Source: Candidatus Saccharimonadota bacterium
GTDB lineage: Bacteria; Patescibacteriota; Gracilibacteria; Absconditabacterales; Absconditicoccaceae
DNA length: 32,000 nt
Direction of reading: 5' to 3'
Assembly: GCA_965231145.1 (NCBI GenBank)
Contig: OZ246420.1
Span: 870,001-902,000, forward strand
This document shows positions 21,315-31,256 of this stretch, piece by piece. The notes beneath the pieces were generated by a model. It was not told the origin of the DNA, made no database searches, and saw only the letters and a list, made by a program, of their open reading frames with translations. Within the stretch, counting starts at the first letter, position 1; each line of letters opens with the position of its first letter. The translations under genes were made by a program, and so were the position numbers.

Positions 21315-21342
21315 AAAAAACATTCCTAACGGAATGTTTTTT
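21315..21342. terminator. bidirectional terminator between the SET gene (+) and the NUDIX gene (-)
   Basis: aaaaaacattcc-taac-ggaatgtttttt. Confidence 0.8.
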
Positions 21343-21727
21343 ACGTATGCTTCCTAATGAACTCTAGCAGATACGGCGTAAGTCATTTTTCCAATGCTGC
21401 ATCTTTTGTCGTCCACATATATTCTTCATGCTCCTCACTGAGATGAATTGCATGTTCAGGCGTCGTCCCTTTATACCCTAAAAATACAACATATTTATCC
21501 TCATCTTTATCATATGACGAAATACATTCTATCATCTGCAAAGAGTGTATATGAGTAAGTCACGTTTCTTCTTTGATCTCACGAATGAGTCACTCCTCTA
21601 TGGTCTCTGGCAGCACAACAGCACCTCATGGCAGATCTCGCATTTTATTGCCATATGATCTTTTCAAAAGCAGCAGATTTCCATCAGTATTAATAACAAT
21701 AATTTTTGCATGAATAGTAATCTGCAT
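21341..21727 (-). CDS. NUDIX hydrolase (128 aa)
   Basis: Nudix box LP-G-GAVVLPETIEE-G-LIREIKEET-G-L with TGA at the conserved glycines. ATG at 21727, TAA at 21341-21343. Confidence 0.85.
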
Positions 21728-21747
21728 GAGTAACTATAGAATATAAA

Positions 21748-22053
21748 TTAGTGTACACATTTGGTAAGCTTATCGATCACTTTCGTCACTTCCTTTCATT
21801 GTTTAGTCAGCAAATATCTGATCTGTACGGGTTTTTCAGAAACAACTTTTCTTTCGATCAATCCATATTGACTCAATTCGTCGAGCCTTTGGGAGACGAT
21901 GGTCGTGTTAGCGGAACCGATAGACTCTCTAATAGATGTATAGGTATCCGCCCCTTCATCGATCGCCTTTATGATAAAAATAACCCGTTTTTTTCAGAGA
22001 AGTTCAAAAAGTTCTGCAGACTTTGGACATTTATATTGTGGTGATTTTACCAT
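21748..22053 (-). CDS. HxlR-family winged-helix transcriptional regulator (101 aa)
   Basis: Translation: CPKSAELFELL-G-KKRVIFIIKAI..TYTSIRESIGSANTTIVSQRLDELSQYGLIERKVVSEKPVQIRYLLTKQ-G-KEV. ATG at 22053, TAA at 21748-21750. Divergent from the nitroreductase gene. Track ORF 21751-22044(+) is its shadow. Confidence 0.8.
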
Positions 22054-22130
22054 AAGACAATGAGGAATCAATAAATAATAATGATGATAATAGAGAAACT
22101 TTCAAAAAATACAATAGCTTTACTTTATAG

Positions 22131-22155
22131 ATCTACTTGATTTTATAGAGTAGAT
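22131..22155. promoter_or_regulatory. possible operator dyad in the HxlR/nitroreductase divergent intergenic region
   Basis: ATCTAC (22131-22136) and GTAGAT (22150-22155) form an inverted repeat, each preceded by TTTATAGA. Position fits autoregulation. Confidence 0.25.
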
Positions 22156-22193
22156 GAGTATAAGAGCATAACTTTATTAGTAAAATAATTCTC

Positions 22194-22820
22194 ATGGAAG
22201 CAAAAGAGATCATGGATGCATTACAGTGGCGTTATGCGACAAAGAAATTTGATACAAGTAAAAAACTCGAAGAAGATAAGTTGCATACGATACTTGAAGC
22301 AGGAAGACTTGCTCCATCTTCTGCTGGCTCTCAGCCATGGAAGTTTGTAGTTATAACAAACCCTGAACTTAAAGCGAAACTTGCACCTCATGCGTATAAT
22401 CAACCACAGGTGACAGACTCTTCACATTTGATAGTCCTCTGCTCTGTGATAAACTTTGATGAAGCCTATATTGATAGTCATATTGACCTCACAGCAAACA
22501 TAAAATGAATAAGTCCTGCCGACCTTGCAGGTTATAAAAATATGCTTATGGGACATACGACAAACACAGCGAACTGGCTAAAACATCAGGCATTTATACC
22601 GCTTGGCATGATGCTTATGGCAGCTGCAGAACTCAAGGTGGATGCTGCTCCTATGGGAGGATTCAATCCTGCTGGATTTGATGAAGTTCTTTGACTCACA
22701 GAAAAATGACTAACATCAGTAGTAATCATGGGACTCGGTTATAGAAGCGATGATGATGCAGCCGCATTACAACCTAAAGTCAGATGGCCGGAAGAAAAAG
22801 TGATTATACGTATGGACTAA
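22194..22820 (+). CDS. NAD(P)H nitroreductase family protein (208 aa)
   Basis: ORF 22194-22508 continues through three TGA codons. Motifs: RYATKKFD, LEAGRLAPSSAGSQPWKFVVI, AAPMGGF. TAA at 22818-22820. Confidence 0.88.
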
Positions 22821-23509
22821 GCAGCATCAGATATATTATGTACTTCTCTTTTGAATATATCTCAACGATCTGCATAGTTTTCAAATAAATCAAAGCTTGC
22901 AGCCGCTGGCGAAAGCAAAACTGTATGATCGGGATATGCAAAATTTTTCGCTGCATGTACTGCCTCTTTCATAGAGGCCGCTTCAAATATATTATCTACA
23001 ACAGTATTAAATACTCTTGCGATCGCCTTGTTATCTTTACCAATACAAACGATATTTGTCACTTTTTCTTTCACAAGATCTCTAATTTCTTCATACCTAT
23101 CTTCCTTTTGCTGTCCACCTAAGATAAGTACTGTCTCTGTTGTTAGCTTCTCAAGTGAAAACCACGTTGAGTTAATATTCGTAGCCTTACTATCATTGAT
23201 ATAATCCACACCATGTTTCTTGGCGACATACTCAAAGCGATGCTCTTCAAACTGAGGAGGTTGAAACACTTCACGAAATTGCTCTTTACGAAGATCATAT
23301 ATATTGTTTACTGTACGCGCAGCCAATCCTTTTCACTGATCTATGAAATGATGACCTTCAAAGTCACGAACCGAAAACCCACGAGAACGTTCAGACGACA
23401 AAATACTACCCAACTGCTTCGCATAAAGTCTATTAAGCTCCTTAATACTGATGCCCGGATAGCACTCAAGGAGTTGATCTAATGAAACAATTCACGTATT
23501 CATTTGCAT
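22817..23509 (-). CDS. MurD-like Mur-ligase C-terminal domain protein lacking the N-terminal and ATP-binding domains (truncated gene or stand-alone domain)
   Basis: ORF 22862-23326 extends through TGA codons to ATG 23509/23503 and to TAG 22817-22819. Motifs: EEHRFEYVAKKHGVDYINDSKATN, LILGGQQKED, VLLSPAAASFDLFENYADR-G-DYF. No P-loop, and only about 170 nt of AT-rich spacer upstream before the pirin gene. Confidence 0.7.
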
Positions 23510-23680
23510 CAGTTTATCAGATAAATTTCCAGAATTCTAACAAACTCACCCAAAAGTGTCAATAACAATTCTCCATAAAAGATATTATCAATTCTTTCTG
23601 ATAAATATATAAATGTATCCGATTATTGAATCAATAACTATTTCAAATATACCGCTCTTTAATCTCTGCTCTTATTATAG

Positions 23681-24391
23681 ATGAGTATAAGCATACAACG
23701 TTCACACGAAAGATGACACGCAAACCACGGGTGGCTTGACGCCAATCACAGTTTTTCATTTGCGAGTTATTACAACCCAAAGAAGATGTGATTTGGCACA
23801 TTAATCGTCATAAACCAAGATACGATCCAGTGATGATATGGCTTTCCATCTCATCCCCACGACAACATGGAAATCATCACCATTCCTCTCTCATGACGTC
23901 TGGCACACAAAGACAGTACTGGCAAAGAAGAGACTATCGGCTATGGAGATGTACAAGTTATGTCAGCATGAACTGGCGTCGTCCATAGCGAGTACAATGC
24001 TTCAAAGAGCGTGCAAACTCACCTGTTACAAATCTGGATACTACCACATACACAGTGAGTTGCTCCAAGACATGATAGTAAATCATTTGATTTTAATAGC
24101 AGAAAAAATACACGAACACTTCTTGTAAGTGACGATGGACGCATGGATAGCCTCATGATCCATCAACACGCATTCGCATCCATTTCGACACTGGAAGAAG
24201 GAAAAACAGTAGAGTACAAAAAATACCGTGAGCAAAACGGTATCTATCTATTTGTGATTTCTGGAAAAGTGAATGTGTGAAAAGACACCCTCAACAAGAG
24301 TGATGCGATGGAAATAGTTGATGAAGATGGCATTGTAATTAATGCATGAGAAAAGAGTCAGGCATTGATATTAGAAGTTCCGATGAAATAA
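23681..24391 (+). CDS. pirin-family (YhhW-like) bicupin protein (236 aa)
   Basis: Translation: [95 protein letters not shown]. ATG at 23681, TAA at 24389-24391. Confidence 0.9.
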
Positions 24392-24416
24392 AAAAAGAGC
24401 CATATGGCTCTTTTTT
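24390..24416. terminator. bidirectional terminator between the pirin gene (+) and the UbiA/crt operon (-)
   Basis: aaaaaaagagcc-atat-ggctctttttt. Confidence 0.8.
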
Positions 24417-24493
24417 AGTTTATGTAATATCAAATAGTTCAGCACTATGCTAATTCTTTTCGATTATCTATATGAACTATCTTCTCTGATAGA

Positions 24494-25348
24494 CTATAAA
24501 ATATTCCACAACACCATAAAGAAAAGCAGCATCCCACTGAGCGCATTGATCCGAGGAAATCGCTTATAGAAAGCAAATAGTTTTGTAGTTTTGTAGTAGC
24601 GCAACGACAATAGCATCATCATGCAATATATCGCAGACATGATGATAATAATCCATCCTCAGAATGAAAAAGAAAGAACGCCAGCAACTGCATATAATAC
24701 GAAACAGAGAACCAATGTTCACTTTGCCCCACATAACGTTGCGATCGTTGGTACTCATGCGTCCGCATCTGCTTTAATATCAGGAACAGCTGAATACGCA
24801 TGCATAGCCATTGCCCACAGCACTCACGCGACAATATAATAATAGTTCAAAGGCTCAGAAGGTGCAACTAACAGAAATCAAAATGCTGCAGTTGCAATGT
24901 AATGTCACGCGCTAAACAAACTATCAAGTATTGGCCTCCCCTTTGCCCTGATCGGAGTTGCAGAGTATTGGGCAGAAAAAAAAAGAAACAGAAGAAAAGA
25001 AATATACGTGGCAATAGTGAGAGGAAGGACAAACAAAAACGGGATTGTTGTTCCAATGATTCGCGCCCATAATTTTTTATGCTCCTTGGGTTCAACAAGC
25101 GCCTCATATCCCTGTTTTTTAGGGTTGAGTTTATCTGTCTCATAATCGTAGATATCATTGATACCATAGATCCAAATATTTGCTGGCACGAGAAAATATA
25201 ATCCAAAAACTAGGATGCGTCGTAATTCGAGGTCTGTCCATGTAAGAGACAGTGCGAACATTGCACTCAGTATTCCTATCATAAATGGTCATAGCTCATA
25301 GATCCAAAATCTTGGTCTTGAGATACGCATTACTCTTTGAAAACGCAT
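24494..25348 (-). CDS. UbiA-family polyprenyltransferase adjacent to crt genes (lycopene-elongase-like position)
   Basis: ORF 24905-25282 extends both ways through about 8 TGA codons. N-terminus MRFQRVMRISRPRFWIYEL-G-PF. First Asp-rich motif NDIYDYETD; second SAVPDIKADADA-G-VPTIATLCGAK. Multiple TM helices. ATG at 25348 (13 nt after the crtB stop), TAG at 24494-24496. Confidence 0.8.
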
Positions 25349-25361
25349 GATGATAAGATAA

Positions 25362-26213
25362 TTAGTAAAAGTATTTCCACATATGAGAGAGCACGATACG
25401 AAGTTTATCTCTTTTTGTGGTTTTTGCAGAATACGCAAAGATATTATAATCACATTTTTCTATTTTTCTCAAGATACCCTGATAGAGCTTTGCTGAAAGA
25501 TAAATAGCATTTCTTGTCTGTCGAGGGAGATACTGTAGTCATTGGAGAGCAAGCTCGTAGAGCGCATCTGCACGTGAGATCTGAAAGCGCATATACTCTC
25601 TTCGGGATGAGTCGATCTCACTAGTTGTCATATATCTTTCTATATCCTCATGCGACAACCCAAATGCTTTCATATCTTCAAGTGGCATATAGATACGACC
25701 GAGATCAACATAGTCCTCTTTGACATCACGCAGAAAGTTTGTAAGCTGCATTGCCTCTCCGAGGGTTCTTGCGTAAGGCAAAGCACGATCATCATGTTCT
25801 CCTAACACATAACACATCATTTCACCCACCACCATAGCAGATCCATACATATACGTTTTCAGCTCTTCATAGGTATTATAGCGAAACTTTTCTGTATCCA
25901 GCAGCATAGCATCCCAGAAAGCTCTACTCAATGCAAATGGAATATCATGCCTATAAAACAACCTTACCGCATCTCATCGGGTTTTATGCAATACATCTCT
26001 ATCGCTATATGCTTTCTCCCATTCCTCCCACATCTTCAGAAGTTCTTTTTTTGCGGAGTCAGCATCCTGATCTTTTACATCAACAACAAGATCGGGTATA
26101 CGTACAAATGCATACAGCGTCATCACATCATCTTTTATAGATGCAGGAAAAAACAAAGTAGCATAATAATAACTCGTCCCATACTTTTTCATGTAAAACG
26201 ATGTCTGCTGCAT
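25362..26213 (-). CDS. crtB: phytoene/squalene-synthase family enzyme (CrtB-like; a C30 CrtM type cannot be excluded)
   Basis: ORFs 25974-26213 and 25539-25961 plus the tail are joined by TGA. Motifs: YYYATLFFP, LYAFVRIPDLVVD, YMYGSAMVVGEMM, QLTNFLRDVKEDY..GRIYMP. The ATG at 26211-26213 overlaps the crtI TAA by 1 nt. TAA at 25362-25364. Confidence 0.88.
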
Positions 26214-27694
26214 TAGTGGTTTTTACGCGCTAAAACTCTTTGAGCAGTGAGTTCACCTGAGATAAGACACATCTGAGTCCCTATTCCCGGATTAGTATAC
26301 GATCATGTATAATAGAGTCATTTTACTTTTTTACTATAATTATTTGGTCTGAGTACTGCTGTTTGCATCAGAGTATGCGCTATACCTAGGGCAGTTCATT
26401 TATATGCATTATATCTTTCTGAAAAGTGTTTCATATGAAAAAGCCTTTTAAATTCGATGCGACTTTTCAAGTCAGGTATATGGCACACATCTGCTATCAT
26501 ATCGAGAACTTTCGCCGTATAAATTTCCTCTTCTTGCTCTGTCAGGATAACACCCGGCGCACAAGGAACTAACACAAACATATTTTCCTTACCAACTGGC
26601 GCAACGGAATCATCTGTTTCGCTTGACTTACAAATATACATAGAAGGATCTGTTGGTAATATTTTCTTTTCAAAGATCTCATCGAAGTTTTTCTTCCAAT
26701 CCTGCGTAAAGATAAGATTATGATGAGTAAGCATAGGAAGTTTCCCATCTACTCCAAGATAAAGGATATATGCTGATGGCGCGAGAGTTTTCTTTTTCCA
26801 GTAGCTTTCCGGATAGGTCTGTTCTTCTTTATCTAACATATGAGTCTCCGTAAACCGCATATCAGCATTTGAAACTACGATATTCGAATGAATATGTTTC
26901 CCACTTTCCAACATAATTCCGGTTACCTTTTTTTTCTCTGTGATTATCTTTTTTACTGGAGCATTAGTATATATTTCTACACCATTTTTTTCAGCAATAT
27001 TTTTCAAAGACCTGATTATTTCATAAAGCCCTCCTTGTGGATACCATACTCATTGTGCGAAATCTACATGAGACATAAGCGAATAGATGGCCATAGCATC
27101 GTATGGCGATGTCCCAAGGAATAATAGTGGATAACTTACTATTTTCTGCATTTCCTCTGTCTTAAAAAATCACTTTACATAGGAATGCATCTTTTGAAAC
27201 ACATTGAGTTTTAGTCCCTGGATTGCAGTATCAAGAGAAAAGAAATCCAAGAAAGAATCATAATTTCTGTAGACAAATTTTTCCAGCGCTACTGTATACT
27301 GATATGAAGCGCGGCGAAGATACTCCTTAAAAGGCTTACTCACACCTGGTTCTATTTTTTCAAATGTAGCAAGATCTTTTGACACATCAGCAGCCACATC
27401 CACTATGCGGTTTTGTGGAGTGAAAAATATTCTATAACTAGGAGAAAGTTTTGTCAGCTTCAAATGAGCATCAATATCTTCCTGTACTTCCTTATAAAAA
27501 CGCTCGAAAACATCCGGCATAAGATACCAGCTTGGTCACATATCAAATCTATATCCATTCTCTTCTAAAAGAGACGCTCTTCAACCAACTTCTTCATTTT
27601 TTTCATAAAGACAAACTTTATATCATGCGCGCGCAAGAAATATTGCACAACTCAACCCTCCTATTCCTCAACCAATCACTATCGCTTTTTCCAT
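26213..27694 (-). CDS. crtI: phytoene desaturase family FAD oxidoreductase (CrtI-like; CrtN type cannot be excluded)
   Basis: Same-frame ORFs 27170-27520 and 26396-27007 plus flanks are joined by at least 9 TGA codons. Motifs: MEKAIVIG-G-GIGGLSCAIFLARA-G-YKVCLYEKNEEVG-G-RASLLEENGYRFDM-G-PSWYLMP, FLGTSPYDAMAIYSLMSHVDFAQ-G-VWYPQGG, C-terminal TNPGIGTQMCLISG. ATG at 27694, TAA at 26213-26215. Confidence 0.9.
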
Positions 27695-27710
27695 CTGTTC
27701 TGTCTAATAG

Positions 27711-29093
27711 CTAAATAATATGTACTAATTCAGCAATATGCTTGATCCTTGTATAATCTATAACCGCCATACTCTCGCCCATCTCTTTCTTTCTTTTTTC
27801 GTGAAGCTTTGTCGGAAGAATCTGTCAGCCAAGGCCAATCTCCCCAAGGAATAATAAATTTTTATCGACTACCACATTTTTAAACTGTGAATAAATACCT
27901 GCTGCGATTGCGAGATCGAGTCCGCTGTCGTGAAACGAAAACTCTCACGGGATATTTACAAAGACGTCGAACCATCAAAGCTTCGCTTTGAGATATCTCT
28001 CAAGGATAGCGATAATAAGATCAACACGTTTGCCCTCCACTCCGACAACCTGACGCACAGGAAATTTTCCTTGAGTTTTATTGAGCAGGACTTCAAGATG
28101 TACAACAACAGGACGACCATTATCTATCCCTACAGTTAATACTGATCATGGAATAGTCAAATTTGCTGATCAGACGATACGTTCTTTGAGATCATAGACA
28201 GGCTTGAGTCAAAATAATGTCATCTCGAATATTGCAATCTCATCCGTACTTCAGAAACGATTTTTCATGTAACGAAGGATACGATATTGACCATAGCGAT
28301 CTCATTCCAAGTATAAAACTGCATCGACTAAATGCTCCAGATATTTTGGTCCTGCGATCTCTCCTCCCTTGGTTACATGACCGATGATAAGCGTCGTGAT
28401 ATTTTTCTTTTTGCTAAGTTCTGCTATCTTCTCCGCACAATATTTCACCTGCGCTGGGCTTCAGGATGCACCTTCGAGATTGCCTGATGAGATCGTTTGG
28501 ATAGAGTCAATGATGATGACCTGATACTGCCCTGTTTCTGCTGTAAGAAGGATATCTTCTACACTATTAGAGTGATATATATCAAATTCAGATCATGGGT
28601 TATGGGTTATAGGTTTACCTGCCGTGGTAGATCATAGCTTATTTTCTGTATCAGCATCAGTCGACTGTATCTCCTTATTTCATTCGTAATTCGTAATTTG
28701 TCATTCGTAACTAGTAAGCCTATGCTGTCTATCGACGATTTGATCACTCTGTTCTTCACCAGAAAAATATGCTATACGCACATTAGTCAGTTGATGGATA
28801 ATCTGGAGCGCTATAGTAGACTTGCCAATTCCTGGCTCTCCGCCTAGAAGATAAACTCATCACTCCTTGAGTCACTTTGGAAACAAACGAATGAGTTCCT
28901 GATCTTGCAATGAAAAATATGATGATCATTTTTTCTCTGTCATTTCAAGCGACTGTCATGTAGTCACTCATCATTTCTTCTTTCATACTCCAATAATTCC
29001 GGCTGCCGACACAAAAGAACCAAATGCTCCACACTCCGGACATTTTCCTAGTTTTATCGCACTCGCATTGCCACACTCACTACACACATACAT
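27711..29093 (-). CDS. radA: DNA repair protein RadA/Sms (460 aa) with a repeat-derived internal insertion
   Basis: Absent from the track because of 21 in-frame TGA codons. N-terminal zinc ribbon CSECG..CPECG, Walker A LLGGEPGIGKST, IIIDSIQ, GHVTK-GG-EIAGP, KNRF-G-STDEIAIFEM, and a Lon-like C-terminal domain (VFVNIP-G-E...LDLAIAAGIYS). ATG at 29093, TAG at 27711-27713. Confidence 0.92.
28681..28708. repeat. tandem heptanucleotide tract inside radA (cattcgt aattcgt aatttgt cattcgt)
   Basis: Four period-7 units, translated on the minus strand as ..YE-G-QITNYE-G-N... A second tract, atgggtt atgggtt ataggtt, lies at 28595-28615. Confidence 0.7.
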
Positions 29094-29174
29094 CTCACCT
29101 TCACGATACAAAATAAAGATAAACTCAGTCTATTCATCTCACAGAAGGATGCAACACCACCACTCATATATAAT

Positions 29175-29201
29175 AAAAAAGAGGAGATAATTCCTCTTTT
29201 T
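29175..29201 (-). terminator. terminator after the polyprenyl synthase gene
   Basis: aaaaaagagga-gataat-tcctcttttt, overlapping the TAA. It separates the synthase transcript from radA-crtI-crtB-ubiA. Confidence 0.7.
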
Positions 29202-30282
29202 AGATATTTCTCAAAAGATCTATGACCGCCTGGAAGTTCTCCTTATATGACTCAACTGGAAGTGTCATTTTCTTTAAAAGCTTTTCTGCTTCAGTCAGAT
29301 ATTCTTCCACACACTTTTTACCATAGGCAATTGCTCCACTATCAATAAACACCTGGCGCAACTCATCAATCTGCTGCTTTGAGAGCCTCTTTCCCATAGC
29401 GCTACTTATCGCAAGACGATGTGCATACTTTCCTTGGTCATAGATATATTGGGTAAGATATGTCTGCTGGCCATCCTGTATATCAGAGAACTTTGTTTTG
29501 TTATCGTAATGTGTAGTCTCATCCCCCTCTTCGACCATCACATCGAGAAGATCATCACGCATTTGGTATGCTTTTCCTAACACTTCACCAAGATAATCAA
29601 ATTTTTTACAAAGAGCCTTATCTGCTCATGCAAGAAGCGCTCCCGTTAAGATAGGTCTTACAAAAGTATATTTCCCTGATTTATAATGATTTTTTTTCTC
29701 CAATAATTGTTGATCAATATTGTCTCCTACCATAATATCTACATCAATAATCTGCCCTGCTATCACCTCTTCAATCGTCTCCTGTACATTTTTCTGTGCA
29801 GCAGCAAGATATGGTACATGTATAGATGGATACACGCTGTAGAGAATTTCATAGACCCATGAAAAAACAAGATCTCCCATAAGAATCGCCTGAGAGATAC
29901 CTATATGATCTTTATTTGTTGACGATAAAAGTCATGATACAAATTTATGGTACGTATGCACCCCATGTCTTAGCTCCCCCCTATCTATAATATCATCATG
30001 GATCAAAGCCATCTCATGAAGCAACTCATGCGTCTGTGCAAATTGTATTATCTCTTTGTCGGCAGTTCATCCACACGCCTTATAAGCAAGATACACAAGA
30101 TACGGTCTTACACGCTTGCCACCACTAAACGTAAAATCATCAATATATGCAACAATTTGTTGCATCCTTGGAGAGGAAGCTATTTTCTGCGATTGTTTTA
30201 CTTTCGCAGCGATGTATTTTCTGAGTTCTTTATCAAATATTTGCTTAAATGCTTTGATGTCCATCAGTTTGGGCTTTTTCAA
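29200..30282 (-). CDS. polyprenyl diphosphate synthase (FPP/GGPP synthase type, 360 aa)
   Basis: Same-frame ORFs 30067-30282, 29626-29880 and 29200-29583 are joined by TGA. GKRVRPYL, first Asp-rich motif LIHDDIID, second QMRDDLLD. TAA at 29200-29202, followed by a hairpin. Confidence 0.9.
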
Positions 30283-30331
30283 GCGCTAAATGCGATACAG
30301 TATACCGATCGACCTTGCGAATGCAAATCAG

Positions 30332-30359
30332 AAAAACTCAGCTAATATGCTGAGTTTTT
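30332..30359 (-). terminator. terminator after the InsA-like gene
   Basis: aaaaactcagc-taatat-gctgagttttt, an 11-bp stem overlapping the TAA at 30358-30360. Confidence 0.75.
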
Positions 30360-30657
30360 AATGTGAACACTGAGTACAATTTCATTTATGTTTCTTCGCC
30401 CATGCAATGATCGTAGAAGTCGAAAGAGAAAATTTTTCTGCGACGCTGCGAGCATCATTACCTGTATGACAGTACTCATCAACGACTTGCTGACGAAATC
30501 ATTCGTCATAGGTTCCTCTTGCTCCGCCTACCGTAAAATGTTTGCGGCAATCGCCGCAACGAAATCTCTGTCCGCCCGTGGGAAGCTGTCCGTTTTTTTG
30601 AATGCGACCGCTGTGACAGAATAAACAATCTATAAGACGTTTGAGATGTTTTTTCAT
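30358..30657 (-). CDS. IS1 InsA-like zinc-ribbon plus HTH protein with no adjacent catalytic transposase ORF
   Basis: Translation: MKKHLKRLIDCLFCHSGRIQKNGQLPTGGQRFRCGDCRKHFTV...FRQQVVDEYCHTGNDARSVAEKFSLSTSTIIAWAKKHK. This is the pattern C-x2-C..NG..G.QR..C..C. ATG at 30657; reads through TGA at 30499 and one more. TAA at 30358-30360. Confidence 0.55.
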
Positions 30658-30710
30658 GATGATATCTAATACAAAGAACGCCCCGAGTGTACACACCCGA
30701 GGCAAAAAGT

Positions 30711-31256
30711 CTATCTTTTTTTCAAAGAAACCGTGAATTTATTTTTAAGTCCCAATCTACGGAGCACGGCATCTCTCCACCAAAATGAAATAGTCACGAA
30801 AACAATAATAGCACCAAGCGCGACAAATTCTACTGTCTCACTCCCCGCTTCTTCGTGCTCATGAAGTTCAAAGCCAATAAGACGTGGAACGATATGCAAC
30901 AAGACAATATGTGCGATAAGTATCAACGTAGAAATCGAAAAGAATTTTCCTACTGACTGCGCTGTGTTATCATTATGCTTTGACCATCTATGGATCCACC
31001 ACCAATTAATGATTGCAAGAAGAATAACACCTAACAAATGGATACCTTGTAATACTCCCTCATAACCAATCATATCTTGCCAGCTCATATGATTTACCGC
31101 CGCGATGATGATAAGTTCAATAGCAAGAACGAGAATATTATAGATTATCGTTGCGATGCAGATCGGATGCTCCTTGAGATGCTTCCGGGAAAGATCGTGA
31201 TGATGATTGTGTGCGTGCATAGAGAGTATTATTTTAAGATGAATAATAAAGAACAT
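30711..31256 (-). CDS. four-TM membrane protein with His-rich N-terminus (HAHNHHHD)
   Basis: Intact ORF with no TGA. ATG at 31256 or 31220, TAG at 30711-30713. Four hydrophobic segments, Trp-rich loop INWWWIHRW. No family recognised. Confidence 0.55.
   Translation of the reverse strand: MFFIIHLKIILSMHAHNHHHDLSRKHLKEHPICIATIIYNILVLAIELIIIAAVNHMSWQDMIGYEGVLQGIHLLGVILLAIINWWWIHRWSKHNDNTAQSVGKFFSISTLILIAHIVLLHIVPRLIGFELHEHEEAGSETVEFVALGAIIVFVTISFWWRDAVLRRLGLKNKFTVSLKKR

Noticed and set aside
22151-22164. 14-mer tagatgagtataag shared with 23678-23691 (upstream of the nitroreductase gene, and spanning the pirin start codon)
   Set aside because: One exact 14-mer match in an AT-rich 32-kb window is about what chance predicts, and the flanks do not align well.
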